A stretch of 58,720 bases of DNA from Lachnospiraceae bacterium (lineage in GTDB: Bacteria; Bacillota; Clostridia; Lachnospirales; Lachnospiraceae), in assembly GCA_017455005.1 (NCBI GenBank), contig JAFTBX010000034.1:1-58720 (forward strand), in the 5' to 3' direction. The position numbers were made by a program, and so were the translations under genes. The notes beneath the pieces were generated by a model. The model saw only the letters and a list, made by a program, of their open reading frames with translations, ran no database searches and was not told the DNA's origin. The stretch's first letter is position 1; every line of letters begins with the position of its first letter. Of this stretch, positions 28,530-38,098 are shown one piece after another.

Positions 28530-28556
28530 AACTGTATTAAAACGATTAGTACAGTT
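28530..28556. promoter_or_regulatory. Candidate YtrA-type operator palindrome
   Basis: AACTGTATTAA-aacga-TTAGTACAGTT (10/11 arm complementarity), about 120 nt upstream of the regulator start, in the divergent intergenic region. Confidence 0.45.
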
Positions 28557-28641
28557 GGTACAGCAAGTATAATTCAATGTTATAAGAGATGCAATAGATA
28601 TTTTCTTAAGATTTTGTATGCCCAAAAATAACAAAAAATTG

Positions 28642-28670
28642 TTTATTAAATATCAAACTAATGATATACT
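28642..28670 (+). promoter_or_regulatory. Candidate promoter of the hyp-mbh block
   Basis: Extended -10 TGaTATACT (28662-28670) with a weak -35 TTTATT (28642-28647) at 17 nt. About 35 nt upstream of the hypF start. Confidence 0.35.
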
Positions 28671-28702
28671 CTTCATGAATCTTTGCGCAGCAGAGGTACT
28701 GA

Positions 28703-31084
28703 TTGAAAAAAATAGGTATCAAAATCAAAGTCAGCGGGATTGTTCAGGGGGTTGGTTTTCGGCCATTTATCCATAAACAGATCACTGACCATTGTTTGTG
28801 CGGATGGGTACGCAACACCAGCACCGGCTCCGAGCTGAGGCTGGAGGGCCCGGAAGACGAGGTCAGCCGATTCGTTGATGAACTTGGAACGAAGAAACCG
28901 GCACTGGCATTGATTGAAAGGATTGAGACGGAGATCTATGAGCCTCTGGAGGGGTTTACGGATTTCTCTATCATCATGTCCAAAGATGAGGAAGAGCATA
29001 ATACTCTGATCTCTCCCGACGTATGTACCTGCGATGACTGCCTGCGGGAGCTTTTTGATAGGCATGACCGCCGGTACAGATATCCGTTCATCAACTGTAC
29101 CAACTGTGGCCCCAGATTCACGATCATCCGGGACATTCCTTACGACCGGGCGAAGACGACCATGTCGTCTTTTCCGATGTGTAAGCTATGCCATGATGAG
29201 TATACGACGATCACCGACAGGCGTTACCACGCGCAGCCGGATTGTTGTCCGGACTGCGGACCGAGGCTTTTCTTCACGGATGAAGCGGGCAATGAAGTCC
29301 CCGGCGACGCCATCGCAAATGCGCTGCATATGCTGGAAGCAGGCGGTATCGTTGCGGTCAAGGGTCTGGGCGGTTTCCACCTTGCGTGCAGGGCGGACCT
29401 GCCGGAACTGGCATGGAAGCTGAGGAACCGCAAGCACCGGGATGAAAAGCCCTTCGCGCTGATGTGCGCGGATGTGGAAGAGGCCCGGAAATACTGCGAG
29501 ATCAGTGAGGCAGAAGAACGGATCCTGACTTCGCATCAGCGTCCCATCGTGCTGCTGAAGAAGCGGTGCGTGACCGGCGGAAGCGACGGAAAGACGAAGG
29601 GAGAGGGATCGGAGAGAGATACCGCGAACACGGATCCCTGCAGCATCCTTTCTCACCTGAGTGAGAACAGCCGGATCGGCGTGATGCTGCCGTATACGCC
29701 CGTACACTTCCTGCTGCTCCATGAGCACCTGAAGACACTGGTCATGACCAGCGCCAATCTTTCGGACCGGCCCATCATTTACCGCAATGAAGAGGCACTG
29801 AAAGAGCTTCACGGGATCGCGGACGGGTTTCTTCTGAACAACCGTGATATACATGTGCGCTGTGATGATTCGGTGCTGTGGGTGTTTGACGCTAAGACAT
29901 ACTTTGCGAGAAGATCGCGCGGCTATGTGCCGTACCCGCTGACGCTCAATGACACGGAAGGCCCGGATCTGAAGATCCTTGCGTGCGGCGCGGAACAGAA
30001 GGCAACATTTTCCTTAAGCAAAGGAAATCATGTTTTTTCGAGCCAGCACATCGGCGATCTGAAAAACATAGAGACTTACGATAACTTCGAGTTACAGATA
30101 AAGCACTTTGAAAAGCTGTTTGAGATCCGGTCGGAGATGCTGGTGTGTGATCTCCATCCCGACTATCTTTCCACGGGTTATGCCCAGGAGAGGACCGGGC
30201 GTGACGGACTGCCTCTTTTGCAGGTGCAGCACCATTACGCACATATGGCCTCCTGCATGGCGGATAACGGTCTGGATGAACCGGTCATCGGCATCGTCTG
30301 GGACGGCACTGGCCTCGGTACGGACGGCAAAGCCTGGGGAGGAGAGTTCCTTTCCGGAGACTTTAGCGGCTTTGAGCGGCGCGGCACGATCCGAGAGATC
30401 GCGCTGCCGGGCGGGGACAAGGCTGTTCATGAGATCTGGCGCATCGCGGTGTCGCTGCTTCATGATCTTCAGGAAAGCGCAAAGATCCTGAAAGGAATCG
30501 ATCCGCAGCAACTAAGCATTACCGAAAGGCAGCTTGCGGCAGGCATCAACTGCCCGCGTACGACAAGCATCGGAAGGCTTTTCGACGGCGTGAGCGCGCT
30601 GATCGGCATCCGTGAGACAGTTAGCTACGAGGGCCAGGGCGCGATCCTGCTGGAAGCGTCGGCAGCGGAAGGCTGTGACGAGGTTTACCCGTACAGCATC
30701 GTCTCATCAGAGGATCCCGGTTCACCGAAGTATATCTTCGATTACCGGCCGATGATCAGAGCTATGGTTGAGGATCTTTCGGAGGCGCCGGCAGAAACTA
30801 AGGTCAGGGAGCTGAAGCGCCGTATGGCGGCGAAGTTCATGAATACGCTCACTGCCATGGCTGCAGAGATGACGCTGAAGATCAGCGGGGACACCGGACT
30901 TCGAAAGGTCGTGCTTTCAGGCGGTTCGTTCCAGAACATGTATATCCTGGAACGTCTCAGCAAAAAGCTTCGCGCGGAAGGACTGGAGGTCTATACGCAC
31001 AGCCGTGCAGCCTGCAACGATGAGGGACTTTCGCTCGGCCAGCTGATGATCGCAAGGAAGCGCGGACGGGACGGCATCGTCTGA
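28703..31084 (+). CDS. hypF: [NiFe]-hydrogenase maturation carbamoyltransferase HypF
   Basis: N-terminal acylphosphatase domain (VSGIVQGVGFRPF), two CxxC-x18-CxxC zinc fingers (CDDC...CTNCGPR; CKLC...CPDCGPR), then YrdC-like and Kae1-like domains. TTG start after AGAGG. Confidence 0.92.
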   Translation: MKKIGIKIKVSGIVQGVGFRPFIHKQITDHCLCGWVRNTSTGSELRLEGPEDEVSRFVDELGTKKPALALIERIETEIYEPLEGFTDFSIIMSKDEEEHNTLISPDVCTCDDCLRELFDRHDRRYRYPFINCTNCGPRFTIIRDIPYDRAKTTMSSFPMCKLCHDEYTTITDRRYHAQPDCCPDCGPRLFFTDEAGNEVPGDAIANALHMLEAGGIVAVKGLGGFHLACRADLPELAWKLRNRKHRDEKPFALMCADVEEARKYCEISEAEERILTSHQRPIVLLKKRCVTGGSDGKTKGEGSERDTANTDPCSILSHLSENSRIGVMLPYTPVHFLLLHEHLKTLVMTSANLSDRPIIYRNEEALKELHGIADGFLLNNRDIHVRCDDSVLWVFDAKTYFARRSRGYVPYPLTLNDTEGPDLKILACGAEQKATFSLSKGNHVFSSQHIGDLKNIETYDNFELQIKHFEKLFEIRSEMLVCDLHPDYLSTGYAQERTGRDGLPLLQVQHHYAHMASCMADNGLDEPVIGIVWDGTGLGTDGKAWGGEFLSGDFSGFERRGTIREIALPGGDKAVHEIWRIAVSLLHDLQESAKILKGIDPQQLSITERQLAAGINCPRTTSIGRLFDGVSALIGIRETVSYEGQGAILLEASAAEGCDEVYPYSIVSSEDPGSPKYIFDYRPMIRAMVEDLSEAPAETKVRELKRRMAAKFMNTLTAMAAEMTLKISGDTGLRKVVLSGGSFQNMYILERLSKKLRAEGLEVYTHSRAACNDEGLSLGQLMIARKRGRDGIV

Positions 31085-31154
31085 TGATTTGTTATAGAAG
31101 AAACGGATCTTTGAGATCCATACTTATAGATTAGTTAACGAGGGTATATAGGAC

Positions 31155-31382
31155 ATGTGTCTTGCAGTACCATTGAGAATAAAGGAACTGGACGGTACGG
31201 ACGCGGTCGTGGAACGCGACGGCGTCAGCCGCAGAGTCAAGGTCAACTTCATACGCGAGCCCAAGGTGGGTGACTATGTCATGGTCCATGCGGGCTTCGC
31301 CATTGAAAAGGTGAGCAGCAAACAGGCAGAGGAGGATCTCGAGGCTTTCCATGAGCTGGAACAGGTCTTGAGTACGCTCTGA
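31155..31382 (+). CDS. hypC: Hydrogenase assembly chaperone HypC/HupF
   Basis: The MCLAVPLRI N-terminus (essential Cys2) is diagnostic. Confidence 0.92.
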   Translation: MCLAVPLRIKELDGTDAVVERDGVSRRVKVNFIREPKVGDYVMVHAGFAIEKVSSKQAEEDLEAFHELEQVLSTL

Positions 31383-32413
31383 TGGCACTGGATAAAAGCA
31401 AAACCTATCATCTGATGGAGGTCTGCGGCACCCACACGATGGCGATCGCCAAGTCCGGCATCCGCAACGTCCTGCCACAGTACATCCGCCTCGTCAGCGG
31501 CCCGGGCTGCCCGGTCTGCGTGACGCCGCCGGAAGTGATCGATGAGGCGCTCCGGCTGACCGAAAGGCCCAATGTGATCATCGCCACCTATGGCGATATG
31601 ATCCGGGTTCCCGGTTCAGTCAAGGGCGACAACCTTGCAAAGCGTTCCGCCATGGGCGCAAAGGTCCGCATCGTCTACTCCGCGATGGACGCGCTGGAGA
31701 TCGCGAAGGCGGAGCCGGAGAGCGAAGTCGTTTTCTTAGGCGTCGGATTTGAAACGTCGGCACCCGGCACGGCGACCTCGGTCGAGGAAGCAAAACGGCA
31801 GGGTATCGGCAACTACTCGGTCTTTTCCATGCTGAAGATGCTGGAGCCTTCGATCCGAGCGCTTGCCGCTGATCCGGAGTTCAACGTACAGGGCTTTATC
31901 TGCCCGGGACATGTTGCGGTCATTCTCGGCGAGCAGGGACTGAAGTTCTTTGAGGAACTGGGGCTGCCTGCAGTTATCGCCGGATTTGATACGGATGATA
32001 TCGTCAATGCAGTACGCATGCTGATGGTGCAGATCGCAAAGGGAGAAGCCCGGCTCGAGAACCAGTACACGGATGTGGTCCGCCCCGAGGGCAACCCGAT
32101 GGCGCGCGAGCTGATGGATAAGTTCCTGGTACCGAGAAAGGACATCTGGAGAGGGCTCGGCGAGATCGAACAAAGCGGTTACGGCCTTCGCCCGGAGTAT
32201 GCCGCATGGGATGCGGAACAGAAGTTCGATATACACTTCGGAAAGCCGGTGATCAAGACGGCCTGCCGCTGCGGCGACGTCGTCAAAGGCAAGCTTGACC
32301 CCATGCAGTGCCCGCTGTTCGGCACCGTATGTGTACCGGAGGATCCGGAGGGACCGTGCATGGTCTCCGCCGAAGGAGCCTGCGCGGCAGCCTATAAGTA
32401 CCGCGCGTTTTAA
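31382..32413 (+). CDS. hypD: Hydrogenase formation protein HypD
   Basis: MEVCGTHT, GPGCPVCVTP and C-terminal CxxC Fe-S motifs. Start overlaps the hypC stop (TGATG). Confidence 0.92.
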   Translation: MALDKSKTYHLMEVCGTHTMAIAKSGIRNVLPQYIRLVSGPGCPVCVTPPEVIDEALRLTERPNVIIATYGDMIRVPGSVKGDNLAKRSAMGAKVRIVYSAMDALEIAKAEPESEVVFLGVGFETSAPGTATSVEEAKRQGIGNYSVFSMLKMLEPSIRALAADPEFNVQGFICPGHVAVILGEQGLKFFEELGLPAVIAGFDTDDIVNAVRMLMVQIAKGEARLENQYTDVVRPEGNPMARELMDKFLVPRKDIWRGLGEIEQSGYGLRPEYAAWDAEQKFDIHFGKPVIKTACRCGDVVKGKLDPMQCPLFGTVCVPEDPEGPCMVSAEGACAAAYKYRAF

Positions 32414-32440
32414 TAACTACAGACATTAAGGATATATACA

Positions 32441-33445
32441 ATGGATAAATTCATTACGCTGGATTACGGCAGCGGCGGCAAGAAGACCTCCGCGCTGATC
32501 AGCGACATGATCCTGCCGCTTCTGAAGAACGAAGCACTGGAGGAACTGGGCGACGGAGCCGTCATTGACGGCGCGGAACGGCTCGTTTACTCCACCGACA
32601 GTTTTGTCGTAAGCCCGTATTTCTTTCCGGGCGGAGACATCGGCAAGCTTTCGGTCTGCGGCACGGTCAATGACATCAGCATGGCGGGCGGAGAGCCGAA
32701 GTACTTAAGCCTCGGCCTGATTATAGAAGAGGGCCTTCCCGTTGCGGACCTTAAGCGGATCATCGATTCGATCCGGGCTACCGCGGACAGGGCAGGCGTC
32801 CAGGTCGTCACCGGCGACACCAAGGTGGTGGAACGCGGAAGAGGCGACGGCATTTACATCAATACTTCAGGCATCGGTTTCTTAAGGACTCCGGGACTTT
32901 CGCCCCGCAGGATCCGGGAAGGCGATGCGGTGCTCGTTTCCGGCACGGTCGGAGATCACGGCACGGCAGTCATGCTCGCGAGAAATGAGCATCTCGTTCA
33001 GGCGGAACTTAAGTCCGACTGCGCGCCGCTTCATGAGATGGCGCTGGCGCTCGGTAAGGAACTGGGAGCGGACTTAAGAGTCCTGCGCGACCCGACGAGA
33101 GGAGGAATCGCGACAACGCTCAACGAGTTCATCGAAGACGGAAGATACGGCATCGAGATCAGGGAAAAGGATATCCCGGTCCTGCCGACCGTCAACATGG
33201 TCTCCGAGATCCTCGGACTCGATCCTTACTACACGGCGTGCGAAGGCCGCATGCTCGCGGTCGTTGATCCCGCTTCCGCCGACAAGGCACTGGAGATCCT
33301 CCACGGCTTTGAGGACGGAAGAGGAGCGGCTGTCATCGGAGAGGTGACGGCGGAGCATCCGGGCAAGCTCGTCATCCGCACCCCGATGGGCGGAGGACGC
33401 ATCGCGGCGAAGCTCAGCGGAGCGCAGCTGCCACGAATCTGTTAA
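32441..33445 (+). CDS. hypE: Hydrogenase expression/formation protein HypE
   Basis: AIR-synthase-like fold and the C-terminal PRIC motif (the Cys that is carbamoylated/cyanated). Confidence 0.92.
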   Translation: MDKFITLDYGSGGKKTSALISDMILPLLKNEALEELGDGAVIDGAERLVYSTDSFVVSPYFFPGGDIGKLSVCGTVNDISMAGGEPKYLSLGLIIEEGLPVADLKRIIDSIRATADRAGVQVVTGDTKVVERGRGDGIYINTSGIGFLRTPGLSPRRIREGDAVLVSGTVGDHGTAVMLARNEHLVQAELKSDCAPLHEMALALGKELGADLRVLRDPTRGGIATTLNEFIEDGRYGIEIREKDIPVLPTVNMVSEILGLDPYYTACEGRMLAVVDPASADKALEILHGFEDGRGAAVIGEVTAEHPGKLVIRTPMGGGRIAAKLSGAQLPRIC

Positions 33446-33525
33446 TTACGGAACTACAAGGCATCATCAGCCTTTGGTTTATAAATCAAGTAGCAACCAT
33501 TAATTATTAAGAAGGAGAAGGGATT

Positions 33526-33918
33526 ATGCAGGAATACAAAAGGATCAGCATCACCAAAGACGAAATCGTCCCGCTTGCTGAGAAAATGCGTAAGAACGGT
33601 GTGATCCTCGCCATGATCCACGGGTACCTCGATAAGAACGGTCTGCCGAATATCTCATATGAGTATCAGATCGATCCCGGTATCGAGTCCTACTACGTGG
33701 AAGGCGAGAAAGTCCTCCCGACGATCTCTCACATCTACGATCTGGCTGCAGAGTGGCCGGAGAGAGAGCTGAATGAGCTGATCGACATCACGTTCGAGGG
33801 ACTGGACACATCCAAGAGACTTTTCATGCCTGACAGCATGCTGGAGGGCCAGGGTCAGATCTTCGTCACACCGATGTCGGAGCTGATCGAGAAAGCACAT
33901 AAAAAGAAGGAGGACTAA
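33526..33918 (+). CDS. mbhK: Group-4 [NiFe]-hydrogenase NuoC-like subunit (MbhK-type)
   Basis: AAEWPERELNELIDITFEG matches the 30-kDa (NuoC) subunit signature. GAAGGAG SD. Confidence 0.75.
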   Translation: MQEYKRISITKDEIVPLAEKMRKNGVILAMIHGYLDKNGLPNISYEYQIDPGIESYYVEGEKVLPTISHIYDLAAEWPERELNELIDITFEGLDTSKRLFMPDSMLEGQGQIFVTPMSELIEKAHKKKED

Positions 33919-33921
33919 CAA

Positions 33922-35004
33922 GTGAGCTATATCGTTCCAATCGGACCGTATCATCCGTCACTGGAAGAGCCGGTCCATGCGAGGCTGATCACTGACGGTG
34001 AGCTCATCAGCGATGCCGAGGTATTTATCGGATACAACCATCGCGGTATTGAGAAGCTCTGCATGGAGAGAAACTTCATCCAGACACTGGTCCTGGTAGA
34101 GCGTGTCTGCGGCATCTGCTCGCACTCCCATGCCATGACCTATGCGATGACTCTGGAAGCAATCTCCGGCATCAAGGTCCCGAAGAAGGGTCAGTACATG
34201 CGCGTCATCACCGCCGAGCTGGAGAGACTGCATTCCCACTATCTGTGGCTGGGTATCGCGCTCCACATCATCGGCCACGACAGCCTGTTCATGCATACCT
34301 GGGATGACCGTGAAGCAATCATGGATATCCTGGAGGATCTGACGGGCAACCGTGTCAACTATGGTATGGTCACCTACGGCGGCTCAAGAAGAGACGTATC
34401 CGTAGAGCAGAAGGACCGTATCCTCAAGATGCTCGCTAAGATCGAAGACAGCCAGAACCGTCTCACCGAGTTCCTTCTTTCCGATAAGACAGTCGCGCTT
34501 CGTACACAGGGCGTAGGCGTTCTTACCACGGAAGACGCGATCCGCATCGGCGCGATCGGACCTCATGCGCGTGCTTCGAATGTACCGGTCGACGTCCGTA
34601 TCGACGCTCCGTACAGCTGCTACGACGAGTTCGAGTTCAACAAGGCAGTATTCCCGACCTGCGATGTCTTCGCAAGAGTCGTAGTCCGTTGCCTTGAGAA
34701 CATTGAAAGTATCAAGATCATCCGCCAGGCACTGGACAGCATGCCGGCAGGCCCCATCAATCTGGGCAACAAGATCCCGACCATCAAGCCGGGTGAGTAT
34801 ATGTGCAGACATGAGGCACCGCGCGGCCAGCTTTCCTACAAGGTCGTCACCAACGGCACCGACAAGAACGAGCGTGTAAGTATTCACGTTCCGACCTTCA
34901 AGAATGCGCCGACGATCCCGACCATGCTGAAAGGCAATTCCGTCGCTGACGCCGGACTGATCATCGCCTCCATCGACCCGTGCTTCTCATGCATGGACAG
35001 ATAA
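33922..35004 (+). CDS. mbhL: Group-4 [NiFe]-hydrogenase large (catalytic, NuoD-like) subunit (MbhL/EchE-type)
   Basis: N-terminal Ni-Fe ligand motif RVCGICSHSH and C-terminal DPCFSCMDR right at the end of the protein (no cleavable extension). GTG start 7 nt after GAAGGAGG. Confidence 0.88.
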   Translation: MSYIVPIGPYHPSLEEPVHARLITDGELISDAEVFIGYNHRGIEKLCMERNFIQTLVLVERVCGICSHSHAMTYAMTLEAISGIKVPKKGQYMRVITAELERLHSHYLWLGIALHIIGHDSLFMHTWDDREAIMDILEDLTGNRVNYGMVTYGGSRRDVSVEQKDRILKMLAKIEDSQNRLTEFLLSDKTVALRTQGVGVLTTEDAIRIGAIGPHARASNVPVDVRIDAPYSCYDEFEFNKAVFPTCDVFARVVVRCLENIESIKIIRQALDSMPAGPINLGNKIPTIKPGEYMCRHEAPRGQLSYKVVTNGTDKNERVSIHVPTFKNAPTIPTMLKGNSVADAGLIIASIDPCFSCMDR

Positions 35005-35018
35005 GGTAACCGGGCGGC

Positions 35019-35360
35019 ATGCACGAGCTGGTTATCGTTGAAGGGATCCTGGATGCAGTGATCCCGGAGGTCAAAAAGTACGACGTCGAGAAGATCCTCT
35101 CGATCCGGTTGAAGATCGGAGAGCTCTCGGGCGTGGTCCCGTCCTGTATCGAGGAGTATTTCGGGATCGCCGCCAAGGGAACGATCGCGGAAGGGGCGAA
35201 GATCATCATTGAGAAGACCCCCATCGAGATCGAGTGCAGAGACTGCGGCTTCAAAGGCATTATCACAAAGGGCACCTACCGCTGCCCGAAGTGCCAGAGC
35301 GCAGGCTTTAAGATCGTCTCAGGCAAGGAATATTTTGTGGACTCGGTCGAGGCCGAATAG
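35019..35360 (+). CDS. hypA: Hydrogenase nickel-insertion protein HypA
   Basis: MHE N-terminal Ni site and a zinc site CRDCG...CPKCQ; 113 aa. Confidence 0.9.
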   Translation: MHELVIVEGILDAVIPEVKKYDVEKILSIRLKIGELSGVVPSCIEEYFGIAAKGTIAEGAKIIIEKTPIEIECRDCGFKGIITKGTYRCPKCQSAGFKIVSGKEYFVDSVEAE

Positions 35361-35386
35361 TTAAATTTAATTCAGGAGGTACACCT

Positions 35387-35926
35387 GTGAAGAAAGCAAG
35401 TTCATCGGCGGTGTTATCTACAGCCATCGTATGTTATCTCTTCTGGCTGGTGATAACAGGACAGATCGTTTCGATCTTCCAAGGCGCTCCGTCCGTCCAG
35501 GTACTGATCGCAGGACTTGTGGTGAGTTTCCTGGTTGCTTTGTTCAGCGCGCGTTTCTTCATTCATGAGAAGCCGTTTTATCTGCTGAGCAAGCTTCCGA
35601 CTTATCTCTACTACTGCTTTGTGATCTTCCCGATCGAACTGTGGAAGGCCAATGTTGACGTTGCAAAGCGCGCATTGAACCCGTCACTGCCGATCAATCC
35701 GGGTATCGTCAAGATCCCGAGCGACATGAAGTCTGAGTATGGAAGAGCAATGCTCGCGAACTCCATCACCCTTACCCCGGGCACCATTACGATGGATATC
35801 ACCGAGGAAGGAGACCAGACCTACTACTACATCCACTGGATTGACGTTGCAAGCGCTGATCCCGCGGAAGCAGGCGAAGCTATTAAGGGCACCTTAGAGA
35901 AGTGGACAGGGAGGATTTGGGAATGA
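35387..35926 (+). CDS. mbhA: MrpE/MnhE-like membrane subunit (MbhA-type)
   Basis: MnhE-family pattern (ITLTPGTITMDI), N-terminal TM helices. GTG start 7 nt after AGGAGG. Confidence 0.7.
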   Translation: MKKASSSAVLSTAIVCYLFWLVITGQIVSIFQGAPSVQVLIAGLVVSFLVALFSARFFIHEKPFYLLSKLPTYLYYCFVIFPIELWKANVDVAKRALNPSLPINPGIVKIPSDMKSEYGRAMLANSITLTPGTITMDITEEGDQTYYYIHWIDVASADPAEAGEAIKGTLEKWTGRIWE

Positions 35927-36183
35927 TTATGCCAGAGTTACTGTTTTTCGCAGTTTGCTTCATCGTTCTGGCGCTCTGTCTCTTATTCAGACTGATCCAG
36001 GGCCCGAGCGTTGTGGACAGAGCCGTTACGGCAGACAGCATTGATATCCTCAGTGATATGGCGCTGATCCTGTTCGCGCTTTATTCCGGAAGATCCGTAT
36101 TCCTTGATATCGCGTTCATTACCGCGCTTCTCGGATTTATCGGTTCTACCATCGTTGCACGCTATCTGGAGGGAAGGCTATGA
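35923..36183 (+). CDS. mbhB: MrpF/MnhF-like membrane subunit (MbhB-type)
   Basis: ~86 aa, 3 TM. VVDRAVTADSIDIL is typical of MnhF. ATG 35923 overlaps the upstream stop (ATGA) after GGGAGG. Confidence 0.7.
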   Translation: MIMPELLFFAVCFIVLALCLLFRLIQGPSVVDRAVTADSIDILSDMALILFALYSGRSVFLDIAFITALLGFIGSTIVARYLEGRL

Positions 36184-36521
36184 GAATCGTAATAGATATT
36201 TTGATCGTCATCAGCATTTTCTTCGCATTTGCAGGCGTTGTCGGCATGCTTCGTATGCCTGATGCTTTCTGCAGAATGCAGTCCAGCACCAATATTGCCA
36301 CCCTTGGCGTACTTGGAGTTATTATTGCCGGCATACTGTACGCTGCCTTCTATCTTCATGACGGCGCGATGGCAGTGAAGCTGGTATTCATGGGTATTTT
36401 CTACATCATCACCAACCCGATCGCGGGTCATGCGATCTGCCGCGGCGGATACAAGCACGGCGTCCGTCCGGAGAAGAAGTATGAGGTAGACAAATACGGA
36501 GAGGATATGGTGGAAGAATAA
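36180..36521 (+). CDS. mbhC: MrpG/MnhG-like membrane subunit (MbhC-type)
   Basis: GMLRMPDAFCRMQSSTNIATLG is the MnhG signature. 4-nt start/stop overlap with the upstream gene. Confidence 0.75.
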   Translation: MRIVIDILIVISIFFAFAGVVGMLRMPDAFCRMQSSTNIATLGVLGVIIAGILYAAFYLHDGAMAVKLVFMGIFYIITNPIAGHAICRGGYKHGVRPEKKYEVDKYGEDMVEE

Positions 36522-36778
36522 TGAACGTCATGATCCTTTTAAATACCTTGGTCATCATCGGCATTCTTGTTTCCGCGGTCTGCGCGGTCATGTTTGAGAA
36601 TGTCCTTTCATCGGTCATCGCACTGGGCATCACCGGCGCATTCATGGCGCTGGAGTTCATCCTGCTGCAGGCACCGGACGTTGCGATCGCTGAGGCAGCG
36701 GTAGGCGCAGTCCTTTCCACCGCCATCTTCGTTATCGCCGTCAAGAAGACTACACCGAAGGAGGAGGAAGAGAGATGA
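36521..36778 (+). CDS. mbhD: DUF4040 / MrpB N-terminal-like membrane subunit (MbhD-type)
   Basis: 85 aa, 3 TM. ALEFILLQAPDVAIAEAAVG is typical of MbhD/DUF4040. 1-nt overlap with the upstream gene. Confidence 0.65.
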   Translation: MNVMILLNTLVIIGILVSAVCAVMFENVLSSVIALGITGAFMALEFILLQAPDVAIAEAAVGAVLSTAIFVIAVKKTTPKEEEER

Positions 36779-37131
36779 AAAGAACCATTACCGTTATGTC
36801 TCTTCTGATCATCCTGGTCTGCGGAATCTTTGCAGGACGCTATGCGTACGACAACATTCCGGTCACCTATGACGGAAGCAATTTCAATGTTGTAGATCTC
36901 TACAACAACCCGACAGTATATGATGAGTCCAACCCGGACGGCGTAGCCGACATCATTGTCAAGGAAAACCTTGAGAAGACTATGGCAGCGAACAACGTTG
37001 CGGCAGTCGTCTTTGACTTCCGTGGATACGATACTCTGGGCGAGTCCTTCATCCTGCTGACCGCGATTGCCGGATCCTTCGTGATCTTAAGCCGCGGCCA
37101 CAAGAAAGAAGAGAAGGGAGGCGAAGCATAA
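36775..37131 (+). CDS. mbhE: MnhB-domain membrane subunit (MbhE-type)
   Basis: VVFDFRGYDTLGESFILL is the MnhB-domain motif. 4-nt overlap with the upstream gene. Confidence 0.65.
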   Translation: MKRTITVMSLLIILVCGIFAGRYAYDNIPVTYDGSNFNVVDLYNNPTVYDESNPDGVADIIVKENLEKTMAANNVAAVVFDFRGYDTLGESFILLTAIAGSFVILSRGHKKEEKGGEA

Positions 37132-37742
37132 TGAAGTTTAAAGACGGAATCAAAGAGCAGAACGTCATTATCAAGTGCGGCGCCGATAAGTTCCTTCCCT
37201 TCGCACTGACTTTCGGTATCTACATCATCCTGTTCGGTACCGTATCTCCGGGCGGAGGATTCCAGGGCGGTGTCTGCGTGGCATCGGCAGCCCTGCTCCT
37301 GTATCTCGGTTACGGCTACAACATCGCAACCAAGGCGATCAACACCGAAGTCCTTCGTATCAACGAGGCAATCGGCGCATCCCTGTACGTTATTCTCGGT
37401 CTCTTAGGTATTGCGGCAGGCCTGAACTTTGCACGTAACATCTTCTTCGATATGGGCAATGTCGGCGATCTGCTTTCCGCAGGTACCATTACTTTCATGG
37501 GCTACGCAGTCGGCTACAAGGTCCTCTGTGGCGTCGGCTTCCTGCTTCTTCTGATGCTGGGCCTTCTGGCTCCGGATGCGGATGACGCGGATGCAGCTCC
37601 CGCACTTGAGGCGGCAGCACCGGCTGAGCTTCCCCTGGAAGAGACTGCAAGTGCAGTCCTTGAGACCGCAGCACCGGCAGCTGAGGCAGTGCCCGCAGCT
37701 ACGGAAGCTGCAGCAGCAGTAAAGGAGGAGGCAGCAGAATGA
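37131..37742 (+). CDS. mbhF: MrpB/MnhB-like membrane subunit (MbhF-type) with A/E/P-rich C-terminal tail
   Basis: The SPGGGFQGG motif is characteristic of MnhB. The last ~55 aa are low-complexity (APALEAAAPAE...). Confidence 0.65.
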   Translation: MKFKDGIKEQNVIIKCGADKFLPFALTFGIYIILFGTVSPGGGFQGGVCVASAALLLYLGYGYNIATKAINTEVLRINEAIGASLYVILGLLGIAAGLNFARNIFFDMGNVGDLLSAGTITFMGYAVGYKVLCGVGFLLLLMLGLLAPDADDADAAPALEAAAPAELPLEETASAVLETAAPAAEAVPAATEAAAAVKEEAAE

Positions 37743-38098
37743 TTTTAGTAAATTATATCGCTTCCATCATACTGATCGTCCTCGGACTTTACACAGTATG
37801 CACCAAAAAGAACCTGATCAAAGTAGTCCTGGGCCTCGGCATCGTCGATTACGGCGTAAACATGCTGATCGTCAGCCTTGGATTTAACGATGGCGGTACC
37901 GCTCCGATCTATCAGATGTCTGACCTTCTGAACGGCGTGGCTCCCAGCTTCTTTGTAGACCCGGTGCCGCAGGCACTGACTCTGACCAGCATCGTTATCG
38001 GCGCCTGCGTTGACGCAATGGCACTGTCCCTGGTCATCATGATCTACAGAAAGTATAAGTCCATCAATGCAGATGACGTAAGGAGGTTGCACGGATGA
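37739..38098 (+). CDS. mbhG: MrpC/NuoK-like membrane subunit (MbhG-type)
   Basis: 119 aa, 3 TM, NuoK/MnhC-like (LIKVVLGLGIVDYGVNMLIV; ALTLTSIVIGACV). 4-nt overlap with the upstream gene. Confidence 0.7.
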   Translation: MILVNYIASIILIVLGLYTVCTKKNLIKVVLGLGIVDYGVNMLIVSLGFNDGGTAPIYQMSDLLNGVAPSFFVDPVPQALTLTSIVIGACVDAMALSLVIMIYRKYKSINADDVRRLHG

